A DNA stretch of 64,000 nt from an uncultured Alphaproteobacteria bacterium (GTDB lineage Bacteria; Pseudomonadota; Alphaproteobacteria; Rhizobiales; Rhodomicrobiaceae), in the NCBI GenBank assembly GCA_963785355.1, contig CAWAVJ010000082.1, positions 166 through 64,165 of the forward strand, given 5' to 3'. Positions 13,419 through 23,180 of the stretch are shown one piece after another. The translations under genes and the position numbers were made by a program. Each line of letters begins with the position of its first letter. Position 1 is the first letter of the stretch. The notes under the pieces were generated by a model. It saw only the letters and a list, made by a program, of their open reading frames with translations, made no database searches and was not told the DNA's origin.

Positions 13419-14760
13419 TCATTTTTGGTTTTGAAGAAGGTTTGGGGGGATTTCGAAGGTAGCGAGGGAGGTTAGGAAGACAGGCCAGGAAGGGAAAACG
13501 ACGAAGGCGGTGAGGGAGACGATTGTGGAGAAGAACCGCGTTCGTTTTGCGCTGGCTTCTCTGGCGGCTTGCCACGCCGGATCGAGGCAGTCGAGGATGG
13601 TGTGCCAAGCGAAGGCCAGCAGATTGAACGTGGCCAACGTCATCGCCAGAAATTTTTTGCCGTGGCCGAAATTATGCTCCAGTTCATAGCCGTGATTTTT
13701 CATCACGTTGAAACTTTCGTTTTCGATCTTCCAGCGCGCCCGGCCACAGGCGGCGATTTCGGCAACGGTGTTCGATGTAACGGGCAAACTCGTAACCCAT
13801 GACATCGTGTATTTGACGCCGCCTTTCGCATCGAGGATTTGAAAGCCGATCCAATTGACCTTGATCGCATCTTTCCCGTCGCGCGTGCGCTCAAGTAGCG
13901 TCGTGCGGTAGCGCGCCGCTTAAAAAGGCACATCCCCGATCCACTTGTAGCGGAATGTTTCAGTCACGCGGCCCTTGCGGACTTTGTCCTCGCGCACCTC
14001 GCACGTTGCGCCGTCGATGAAGTCTATCAATGCCTTGTGCGAGGTTTCCTTGCAGGTAAAAATGAAATCGCTGCCGTTTTCCGTGACCATCTGCGCCACG
14101 GGATGGCAGGCGAACAGATCGTCTCCCAGATAAACTGGGCGCAAAGCTTTGACGTGATCGCCGTGCTTTTCAAACCAGCGCTTGACCGCAGCGCGCTCGC
14201 AGTCTTGCTTCTCATGGCCGTCTTGCTTCGCTATGAACTCCGGCATGAGCGGCACAACTTTGGTATGCCCCGGAGCGACAACCGTCGCCGATAGCATCGT
14301 GTGATAGTTTTCGCTTTTCCCGTTGCTGCGCTTGCGCGTCAGACAGTGGGGGCAGCCTATTTTGTATGAGTTGAAATACTCCGTTCCGTCCCACGCGATC
14401 AGCGTCCGGTTGCCGAGCCGTTGAAAGGCTTTCCGCATCTCTGGCTTGCCGAGGTGCGCCGCCAGCCGGTCAAAACAAGGCTGCAAAAGCGCAGGATCGT
14501 GCGTTGTCCAGCATGGATCGAATGTAATTGTCAGAAGGGATTTTGCCGATCCCAAACAGCGTCTGGCAATTCGACCGCTTCTGTCCCTTCTCCAGGGCCC
14601 GCTGGTACGACAAAAAGGACTCACTCTGCATAAAAAACATCGAAAACGCAGACAACCCGAAATCTTCCACCCCAATGTTGCCGGAACGCCCTTCCCGTGC
14701 GTCCGGAAACGTCCGGCACACCCTCTTAAGCTCCTCCAAATGAGATACAAGCAGGTTCAT
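13419..14760 (-). pseudogene. ISNCY-family transposase disrupted by a 39-bp stop-containing insertion and a frameshift near 14500
   Basis: IAWDGTEYF, HEKQDCE, LGDDLF, GRARWKIENE motifs spread over three ORFs. Confidence 0.8.
13885..13923 (+). repeat. ~40-bp structured inserted element, copy B
   Basis: gtgcgct-caagta-gcg-tcg-tgc-ggt-agcgcgc-cgcttaa; its removal restores DVPLRDGK. Confidence 0.75.
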
Positions 14761-14977
14761 CCCTATCTTGAATCACTGTTCGCTCCCCTTGGGAATCCTT
14801 AAAATCCGCGAGTTTTAGGAAAATTAGACAGTTTTAGAATTGCTGCTTGGCGCCGATAGGCCGGTTGCGGACCATCGCGGCCAGGAGCACCTTCGCTGCC
14901 GGGGGGCTTGCCGAAGTGGAAACCTTCGCCATGCTTTGTGTTTCTGGCTCTCGGTTACGCGCTCACGACGCAGCCGC

Positions 14978-15322
14978 CTATTCGGAAATCGGTATAAATT
15001 CTTTTCCTAAAAATATTCCCTCGACAATCGAGAAAGCAAGTTTTCTATAAATATCTAGATTGTTTGTATCGGAGGATATATAGGATATAGTTGACGCAAA
15101 ATAACTAGTTCCAAATAATATATTTGCGTCCTTGATGCCTTGGGCGACGGAACTTCTTATATCGTCTCCATTTAATGTTTTACGATCCCCTTTCTCAAGA
15201 TCTATTAGTTGAATTGTACTTTCATTGCCACTTCCCTCCGCGACCCTCAACCCCAAGTAATTGTGATGCGGGCCGGTTATTCGTGTTACAATGTAAGTGT
15301 CATCTTTTTTATAGAATCTCAT
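14978..15322 (-). CDS. putative immunity protein for toxin cassette 3
   Basis: small low-GC ORF starting 5 bp after the toxin stop; RITGPHHNYLG motif. Confidence 0.7.
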   Translation of the reverse strand: MRFYKKDDTYIVTRITGPHHNYLGLRVAEGSGNESTIQLIDLEKGDRKTLNGDDIRSSVAQGIKDANILFGTSYFASTISYISSDTNNLDIYRKLAFSIVEGIFLGKEFIPISE

Positions 15323-15327
15323 TTCCG

Positions 15328-17325
15328 TTACTCGAGCGGGGGAGCTGGGAAGCGTTTCGACGCGGCTGTATGCGCAGCATCATAGCTTGGTCCATGTTTC
15401 TGCATATACCATCTTTCAGCCGTCTCGTATCGAAGTAGTTGCAAATCTTCAGGTGTATGTGCTCCTTTTTGCAGCCGTTGCCAAGCGGCAGCAATGGCTT
15501 CGTCGGCATCGAATCTAGCCATCTCCCCCGGAATGCCCTGCTTTGCATATCTATCGAGAAGATGTAAATCCTCAAATAGATGCTGCTTGATTTTTTGGAT
15601 ATTGCTTGCCTTCAGCCCAGTGTTCTTAGCTATATCTGCGACGTCGCTCGTGCTGGCACGTATTGCGTCGTATGCGGCAGACGCGTCGCCCTCGAAGATA
15701 CCGCTTCGAGCACCGCTTTGTATCGCTTTCGTTGCAACGGATTTTACAGCCCAGCCGCCTGCTATTCTCACGCCTCCCACTATCATCCCGGGTGAAACAA
15801 AATCGAGGGGAGACCAGGTCTCGTTTACACCTTCTTGCGGGTAGGGTCTGTACTCCGTGACGCTCCCCTCAAGCGCGAACGGATTAGTTGCGAACGGCGC
15901 GACACATTGATATCCATTATCCAGGTATCCAGTGTCCCGCTCGGGCTCCTGGGGGTCACGCCCATCAGGGTCAACCAGAACAAGCGGATTCTGGTGCACG
16001 TAACCGAAACTGCTCAGGTTTCGCGGCTCGAATACGCCGCCAACTTTCTTGCCAGCGCTGAGATATTTCCCAAGCGCCGGGTCGGGGTTCTCCCACACGC
16101 TCGTCCGCGGATCGTAATACCGTGCCCCGTAGTAATAGAGCTTGGTTTCCTCGTCGAACTCCTGCCCTGTGAACCGGTAGGGCACGCGGGTATCGTCGGA
16201 GACTTCGTCGACCCAGGTCTCGCCGAAGGGGAAGTATTCGAGGTGCTGGTAGACCTCGCCCGTGGCGTCGGTGGCGAAGCCCGTCGAGCCCAGGTGATCG
16301 GGGTGGTAGAAGTACTGGTAGACCTCGGTGAGGTTCTTGGCGCCAGTTCCGTAGCCCTCGCCTGAGGGGAACTGCTCGAGCTTGGTCTGGATGCGCGTCG
16401 TGCCCGCGAACACCTGCTTCGAGTTCCGCCCCAAGGCCGCGACATACCAGGGGTTGATGTAAAGCGTCTCCCCGCCGGCACCCTTCTTGACCACGCGGTT
16501 GGTGTTATCGTCGTATTTGAAGGTGGTGGGCTGCGCGGAGCTGTCGGTCACCGACTGCATGCGGTTGTCTTCGTCCCAGACGATGACCCGGTTCTGCGCG
16601 CTGTCGGTGGCCTTCCAGCCTGCCTGGTTGCCGTCGAGGTCGTACTGGAAGGTATGGTCGCCGATCTGGCTTGCCGCATGCGGCCGCCCGCCGGCATAGG
16701 CGTAGGCATTGTTGTAGGTCAGCGGCAGGTTTGGCGTGATCGAGCCGTTCGAGAGCAGGTTGAACGCCGTCTGGGTCTTGTGGGTGATGTTGTGGATGCC
16801 GTCGTAGGACATCGCCAGCGTGAACTTCTGCACCGGCACGTTGCGCTTGGTGAAGGCGCCGGTGGCACTGGTCAGCTCGTAAATGTTGTCGTAGCCGAAG
16901 GTGTAGGCCGTGGTGCCGCCGTAAAGTGCTGTGCCCGCGGGGATCGCCGCCGAGTTGCCAAGCGAGAGAACGTTGCCCACGGCGTCGTAGCCGTAGGACA
17001 TGTTCATGAAGGTGCGCGCCGACTTGGTCTTGGCGGCGAGCCCGGCGAGCCGCCGGTTGTCCGGTCTGTAAGTGTAATCGGTGGCCGTGCCGTTGCCCAA
17101 GGCCACGTGCTCGCGGGCCTCGAATTTGTCGTAGCCGATAAAGGTCAGGTAGTTATAGGAAAGCGCCTGCTTCTGGCCGCTGATGGTCTTGATGAGCCCG
17201 CCGCTGTCGTAGTTGAAGCTCACCACCTCGCCGTCGGGGTAGGTCAGGTTCTGGATGCGGTTCCAGGTGTCGTAGCTGTAGAGCGTGGTGAACACCGGGT
17301 TCGGGCCGGTGACGGTGGTCTGGGC
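15328..17325 (-). CDS. orphan RHS cassette 3 (N-terminally truncated) with variable C-terminal toxin
   Basis: YD repeats near-identical to the main toxin from ~17325; RHS core YRFTGQEFD...DPDG followed by a divergent CT. Confidence 0.85.
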   Translation of the reverse strand, partial: AQTTVTGPNPVFTTLYSYDTWNRIQNLTYPDGEVVSFNYDSGGLIKTISGQKQALSYNYLTFIGYDKFEAREHVALGNGTATDYTYRPDNRRLAGLAAKTKSARTFMNMSYGYDAVGNVLSLGNSAAIPAGTALYGGTTAYTFGYDNIYELTSATGAFTKRNVPVQKFTLAMSYDGIHNITHKTQTAFNLLSNGSITPNLPLTYNNAYAYAGGRPHAASQIGDHTFQYDLDGNQAGWKATDSAQNRVIVWDEDNRMQSVTDSSAQPTTFKYDDNTNRVVKKGAGGETLYINPWYVAALGRNSKQVFAGTTRIQTKLEQFPSGEGYGTGAKNLTEVYQYFYHPDHLGSTGFATDATGEVYQHLEYFPFGETWVDEVSDDTRVPYRFTGQEFDEETKLYYYGARYYDPRTSVWENPDPALGKYLSAGKKVGGVFEPRNLSSFGYVHQNPLVLVDPDGRDPQEPERDTGYLDNGYQCVAPFATNPFALEGSVTEYRPYPQEGVNETWSPLDFVSPGMIVGGVRIAGGWAVKSVATKAIQSGARSGIFEGDASAAYDAIRASTSDVADIAKNTGLKASNIQKIKQHLFEDLHLLDRYAKQGIPGEMARFDADEAIAAAWQRLQKGAHTPEDLQLLRYETAERWYMQKHGPSYDAAHTAASKRFPAPPLE

Positions 17326-17569
17326 AACGCAGCCGGATCAACCGGTTTCTAACCAAACTGGGTTCGTTTCGTAAAAGCGCCTTCGCGCGGGTTAATTGTA
17401 TAGTTACATATATCCAAAAGAATACCCATGAGCGCGAAGGTGTCATGTGCGGCAGACGGCATGACCTGAGTTCGATGACGGAATCCGGCCTGTTTTGTAC
17501 AAAAATCGCGGCTGCGTGCACCGGCACTCTAAAGTAACAAAAGACCTTCGAATGCAAGGTTGGCAGGTT

Positions 17570-17692
17570 GCGACCTGCCCGGAGTGTTCTCAGAACAGAA
17601 CCTCGACGGGCAAAACCGAACGGCACCAGCTTTTCTGCCCTCCCTGTCATCATCCGGCGAAAGGCCGCATCAAGTGCTGCGCGCTCAGTCAT
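17570..17692 (-). pseudogene. possible DUF4304-like immunity gene fragment
   Basis: RBS + MTERAALDAAFRRMM...LVPFGFARRGSV resembles a DUF4304 N-terminus; degenerates afterwards. Confidence 0.3.
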
Positions 17693-17781
17693 GGCTTCCT
17701 CACCACCTGCACCCAGGTGAGGCATGCCGGCGGGATAGCCCATCCTGGCCGAGGTCCGGGTCGCCTGTGCCTATCCAACAT

Positions 17782-18291
17782 TTAAGAGAGCCTATCGGCA
17801 GCGCCTCCCGAAAGGGCCCACTGCATCGACGCTTTGATACGTTTTCTATGCTTCTGTATATTGATAATTGAGGCTCCCTCCGCCAATTGCACGCGGGAAG
17901 ACAACTTCATGTTGCGTAGCTTCTTTAGAACGGCGCCAGAGACATCAATGTAGGATTGAAAAAATTCGTGCGCGTTGCATGATATTTCACCTGCGACATT
18001 AGCGGCATCTACACCTTCATAAGATGCATCCTCAGCATATGTTACATAAAGCTTGCTACCATCAAGCTTGCATACAAAATATACCCGGCCGTCGAAAAAC
18101 CAAAACTTTAAGCTTTTCCTGCTCTTAAAAAGCAACCTAACAATATTTACACCCCAATTGTCCAGAACGCCTAACAATAAATCCTCCCAGCTTGGTCCAG
18201 GAAAAAATTTCCCCTCGTGCTCGACACAGATAGCCCCCCATACCGCACCCGACGAAGCAATATGTATATCACCCGATGCCACCACCTTCAT
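17782..18291 (-). CDS. putative immunity protein
   Basis: low-GC ORF downstream of cassette 2; FP...W.D....VL..W...F.F.DG motif typical of toxin-adjacent proteins. Confidence 0.65.
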   Translation of the reverse strand: MKVVASGDIHIASSGAVWGAICVEHEGKFFPGPSWEDLLLGVLDNWGVNIVRLLFKSRKSLKFWFFDGRVYFVCKLDGSKLYVTYAEDASYEGVDAANVAGEISCNAHEFFQSYIDVSGAVLKKLRNMKLSSRVQLAEGASIINIQKHRKRIKASMQWALSGGAADRLS

Positions 18292-18483
18292 CTTTAGTCA
18301 CTCTTGCAAGAGGGCATTAATACCTTCACTTTTTCACCGTGCTATAGCTTTATATGCAACACCTATTACAGAATAATTATATTGCTACGAATGGTTACGC
18401 TGCACGGACAAAAGCGGGCCGATGCAGAGGATGGTATACTCGCCAAAGGCTCCGGCGGAGCCTGCATCGAAGCCAAGCTGATC

Positions 18484-21400
18484 CTACTTTGACCAAGCTG
18501 ATTCTATTATCTTTGTTGCCGTGTTGTACCACATCTCTATGTCCATGCCAGAAGACGATTTTCCTTTTAAAAAGAGCCTTTCCCCCTGCGGTCCGCCAAC
18601 TTGGCGCGAGTTACGATAAGCTTCGCGAATGGCTTTTTCAATGCTTTTTGCGTCCATGGTGTCAGGGAATGCGTCCTTAAGCTTTCCACCACTTTTCAAA
18701 TTTTGTATATACCTGCCTCCTGTCTTTATGTGCCCCGACAAGACTTCTCCCATATTGATCTTTACGTTCTTGTAGTTTGGCGTATTGATACGCCGGCCAA
18801 AGCCCACACTGGCAGCGGCACCGGCCCAGTCCGGGAAGTCCGAAGCGCTCTCTTCAACCGCGTTGATCCCACGGGCTTTGAGTTCCGCTATAATACGGCC
18901 TTTAGCGTCTTCGTAGCGACCAGGATACTTTAATGAGAGACTGTCGCTCGAAAAGGTTTTATCACCAAACGCCGAGTCAGCGCCCCACCACCAGGAGTAA
19001 TATCTAAAATGGTAAGTGACCGTGGTATTCAAGTCCTCGTCACTCTGTGGTGCACCACATCCTCCGGACGATGGCGCTTCGGCGTTGGGTTCATACGCGA
19101 TGTAGCAATCGACTTGATCTTTTCCTGTTGGATCGATCCTAGATGTCGGATTATTTCCGGCATAGGCATACAAATTCATGTTCGTTGGTTCGAACATCCC
19201 TCCCATACCGCCTCCGGTAAGATGAGATTTCCAGCCCGAAGCGAGGGAAGGCATAGCATGCCCGGCCTTGCCTGTACCGGCATATGTTCCCACCGCCGGG
19301 TCTGCGCTTTCCCACGCGCTAGTCCTAGGATCGTAATACCTAGCCCCGTAGTAATAGAGCTTGGTCTCCTCGTCGAACTCCTGCCCCGTGAAGCGGTAGG
19401 GCACGCGGGTGTCGTCAGAGACCTCGTCGACCCAGGTCTCGCCGAAAGGGAAGTATTCGAGGTGCTGGTAGACCTCGCCCGTGGCGTCGGTGGCGAAGCC
19501 AGTCGAGCCCAGCTGATCCTGGTGGTAGAAGTACTGGTAGACCTCGGTGAGGTTCCGCGCGCCGGTGCCGTAACCTTCGCCGCTCGGGAATTGCTCGAGC
19601 TTGGTGACGATGCGTGTGGTGCCTGCGAACACTTGCTTCGAGTTCCGGCCGAGGGCCGCCACGTACCACGGGTTGATGTAAAGCGTCTCGCCGCCCGCGC
19701 CCTTCTTGACAACGCGGTTGGAGTTGTCGTCGTACTTGAAGGTGGTGGGCTGCGCGGAGCTGTCCGTCACCGACTGCATGCGGTTGTCTTCGTCCCAGAC
19801 GATGACGCGGTTCTGCTTGCTGTCGGTCGCGGTCCAGCCGGCCTGGTTGCCGTTCAGGTCGTACTGGAAGAGGTGGTTGCCCACTTGGCTGGCCGCATGC
19901 GGCCGGCTGCCGCCGTAGGCGTAGGCCCAGTCGTAGGTGAGCGGCAGGTTCGGCGTCTTGCTGCCGTTCGAGAGCAGGTTGAACGCGGTCTGCGTCTTGT
20001 GCGTGATGTTGTGGATGCCGTCGTAGGCCATCGCGAGCGTGTATTTCTGCACCGGCACGTTGGGCTTGGTGAAGGCGCCCGTGGCGCTCGTCAGCTCGTA
20101 AAGGTTGTCGTAACCGAAGGTGTAGGCCGTGGTGCCGCCATAGAGCGCCGTGCCGGCCGGGATCGCCGCCGAATTGCCAAGCGAGAGAATATTGCCCACG
20201 GCGTCGTAGCCGTAGGACATGTTCATGAAGGTGCGCGCCGACTTGGTTTGGGCGACAAGCCCGGTCGGCCGCCTATTGAGCGGGTTGTAGCTGTAGCTGG
20301 TGGCCGTGCCGTTGCCTAGCGCCACCTGCGCGCGGGCCTCGAACTTGTCGTAGCCGATGAAGTTGAGATAATTGTAGGAAAGCGACTGCTTCTGGCCGCT
20401 GATCGACTTGATGAGCCCGCCGCTATCGTAGTTGAAGCTCACCACCTCGCCGTCGGGGTAGGTGAGGTTCTGAATGCGGTTCCAGGTGTCGTAGGTGTAG
20501 AGCGTGGTGAACACCGGGTTGGGGCCGGTGACGGTGGTCTGGGCGGGGGTGCGGATTTCTTTCACCACCTCGCCCAAGGGCCCGTAGGCGCGCTGCAGCG
20601 TGCCGCCCTCAGCGGTGAGCAGCGTCACGCGGTCCGCAGCGTTGCCCGCGGCACCCGGTGCACCATAGGTGTAGGTGACGTTGTTGCCGGGGAACTTGGG
20701 ATAGGTGACCGAGGCCAGCCGGTCGTATTGATAGCTATAGTTGACGGCCTGGCCCGCCGCTTTCAGGTTCGCGGTGACCTTCTGGATCATGTTCGAAGCC
20801 GGATCGAACACATAGCTGGTGGTCCCGGCGTCGGGGCTGCTGAGCGTCACGCGCCGCCCGAAATTATCGTAAATGGCGGTCGTCGCATTTTTGTTGTTAT
20901 CGGTGACGGTCAGGATCTCGTCGAGCGGATCGTAGGCGTAGGAGGTCCACAAGGTGACCGCGCCATTGTTGAGGAGGCGCACGCTGGTGATATCTTCGTG
21001 CACGTTGCGGAAGGTGTCGCGCGGGATGCCGTTGGCGTCGGTGACGTGCGTCCAGAACTGCTGTACGCCGTTGCGGTCCGGTCCGAAGCTGTAGGCGAAG
21101 CGCGTGGTCTCGTTCGCGGGGTTGGCCACCGACAGCGGCCGGTCCAGCACGTCGTAGGTTTTGACGGTGGGCTTGACCGTGTCGAAGCCGGCGTTGAACG
21201 TTCCCATCTGCCCCAGGGGCTCGGTGATGGGGTAGTATTCCTGGATGACACGCCCGAAGCCGTCGAATTGCACCCGGCCCGAGACGCTCATCACGTTGGT
21301 CGAGGCGTTGCCCGAGGTGTAGAGTGCCAGGCTCTTCTTGGCCTCGATGACGCGTTCGAGCCCGTCCACGAAGGTGACGGTGTCGAGGGTGCCCGAGACC

Positions 21401-22961
21401 CCGCCGTTGAGGTCGGCATGCGCGGTGTGCGCCCAGGACATCGGGCTGTTCGGCACGCTTGGATCGCTTGGGTGGTAGTCCATCGCGATGGTGGTCCGCC
21501 CGGTGCCCTGCTCGTAAGGGCCGACCATGGCGATCGCCCGGCCCGCATTATCGTAGGTGGTGGTGATGGTCTGGTTGTTGATGTCGGTCGAGCTTATGGG
21601 CACCCCGAAGCGGAAGTCGTAGGCCGCTGTGGACTTGTAGCCGAAGCTGTCGGTGACCGAGGTCACATAGGTATTGACGGCGGAATCGTAGGTGTAGGTC
21701 TTGCTGTAGCGCTGGTTGGTGGCGTTGGCCGGGCCGGTCGCGGTCAGGATGTTGCCGTAGGTGTCGTAGGTGAGATCGGTGACGGCGGTGGGGTTGTTCC
21801 CCAGCCACTTGACCACCTCGATCAGGTTTCCCCTGCCGTCGAAGCTGGCCGAGCGGTGGCGCATGAGCTGGCCGCCACCCAGCACGGTGATCGCATTCGC
21901 CTTGCCGACGATATAGTTGGTCAGATCCTGGTAGTAGCCGATCTGTGATTCGACCAGTTGGGCCAGGGCGCCGTCGGCGGTGTCCTGATAATCGATAATG
22001 TTGCCGTATTGGTCGTAGGCGTAGGTCTCGTAGGTCTTCTTGCCGTGCGCGGGCTGGCCCTCGTACCAGTACTTGTTGGTCTGCACAAGCGCGGGGAAAC
22101 CAACCGCGGTCAGGTCGGAGGGGTTTACCAGTTGCTGGCCCGTGGACTCGTCGATCACCGTATAAGTGTAGGTCGCGTCCGTATATTTATTGCCCGCGGC
22201 GTCCGAAAGCGTCTCCTCGGCCGGGAGCCCCTTCAGATAGAAGGTGGCGTTGTTGTAGGTGCGCGTGGCGATGCGGTAGGGCGCGTTGCTGTTCGCCGGA
22301 TCGAGATGGGTCTCGACGCATTGTGCGAAGCCGTAGAACTGCCGCTCGCGCCGCTCGTAGAAGCCGTTCAACCAGGCGAAGCTCGTGACCTCGGTGTCCT
22401 GGCCGTTGACGCCCACGCCGTCGTTGACCGTGAGGGACGACATCGCCCAGCGGTTGTGCGGCTGGCTGTAGGTATTGCCGGTGCGGGTGTAGTTGACCGC
22501 GAAGAAGCCGCCGAGCGGGCGGGTCACCTGCTGCAAGAGGTTGGTGCGGCCGCGCGTGTTGAGGCTCGCCGTAATGGTGCTGTCGGCGGTGGAGGTGAGG
22601 TAGTCCGGGTAGCCGTCGCCGTCGATATCGGCGATGGTGGCCTCGGTGCGGCCCACATGGGTATCCCCATCCGCGCCGGGATTGAAGATGAACCAGACGC
22701 CGGGGACGGTGGGGACGATCGGATAGGCGATGGTGAAGTAAAGGCCGCCGCCCTGCGTCTCCTGGCGGCTGTGGGCGATGTCGCCGGTCATGCCGGGGAA
22801 GGGCACGCCGGGGCCGAAGCCCGAGCCGGTGTTGAAGGCAACCGTGATGACGCCGCCAGCGTTGGTGACGCGGCCGGCCAGGCCGTCGCCGTTGACGTCC
22901 TGCAGCGTGACAACGGACCACGACTTGTGCTCGGAGGTGTTGATGCCGCCGGCAAAGCCGT
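18484..22961 (-). CDS. orphan FG-GAP/RHS cassette 2 (N-terminally truncated) with EndoU-like C-terminal toxin
   Basis: homology to the main toxin begins abruptly at ~22961; ORF 18484-22806; DPTG then CT with K..FP..M...I..AIR.AY...IEMW.N...IESAW. Confidence 0.85.
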
Positions 22962-23180
22962 TAACTCCGCGCTAACCGTACTTTTCCGGCTTCCGGGAAT
23001 TTTTACATAAGTGCCCGCCTCTTCCTTTACGGGGCAATTATAGCAAGGACTCCTTCCTGAAGGTTTAACGCACCGATAAGTAACTGATATGGCTTGCTTT
23101 ATTCTAAGAGTAGCGGAACGCCACCAGGCGAAAAATGCACCGTTCCAGCGTTAACAAACAATCTGCAAATATATTTAAAC

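Larger units (their letters stand above)
13380..14845 (-). mobile_element. ISNCY-like insertion sequence
   Basis: perfect 16-bp TIR cagcaattctaaaact / agttttagaattgctg; 9-bp TSD cttggcgcc at 13371-13379 and 14846-14854. Confidence 0.88.

Noticed and set aside
13363-14960. Possible integron attC (ATCTAAC...GTTAC) split by the IS
   Set aside because: Right core does not match GTTRRRY, complementarity is poor and there is no integrase.
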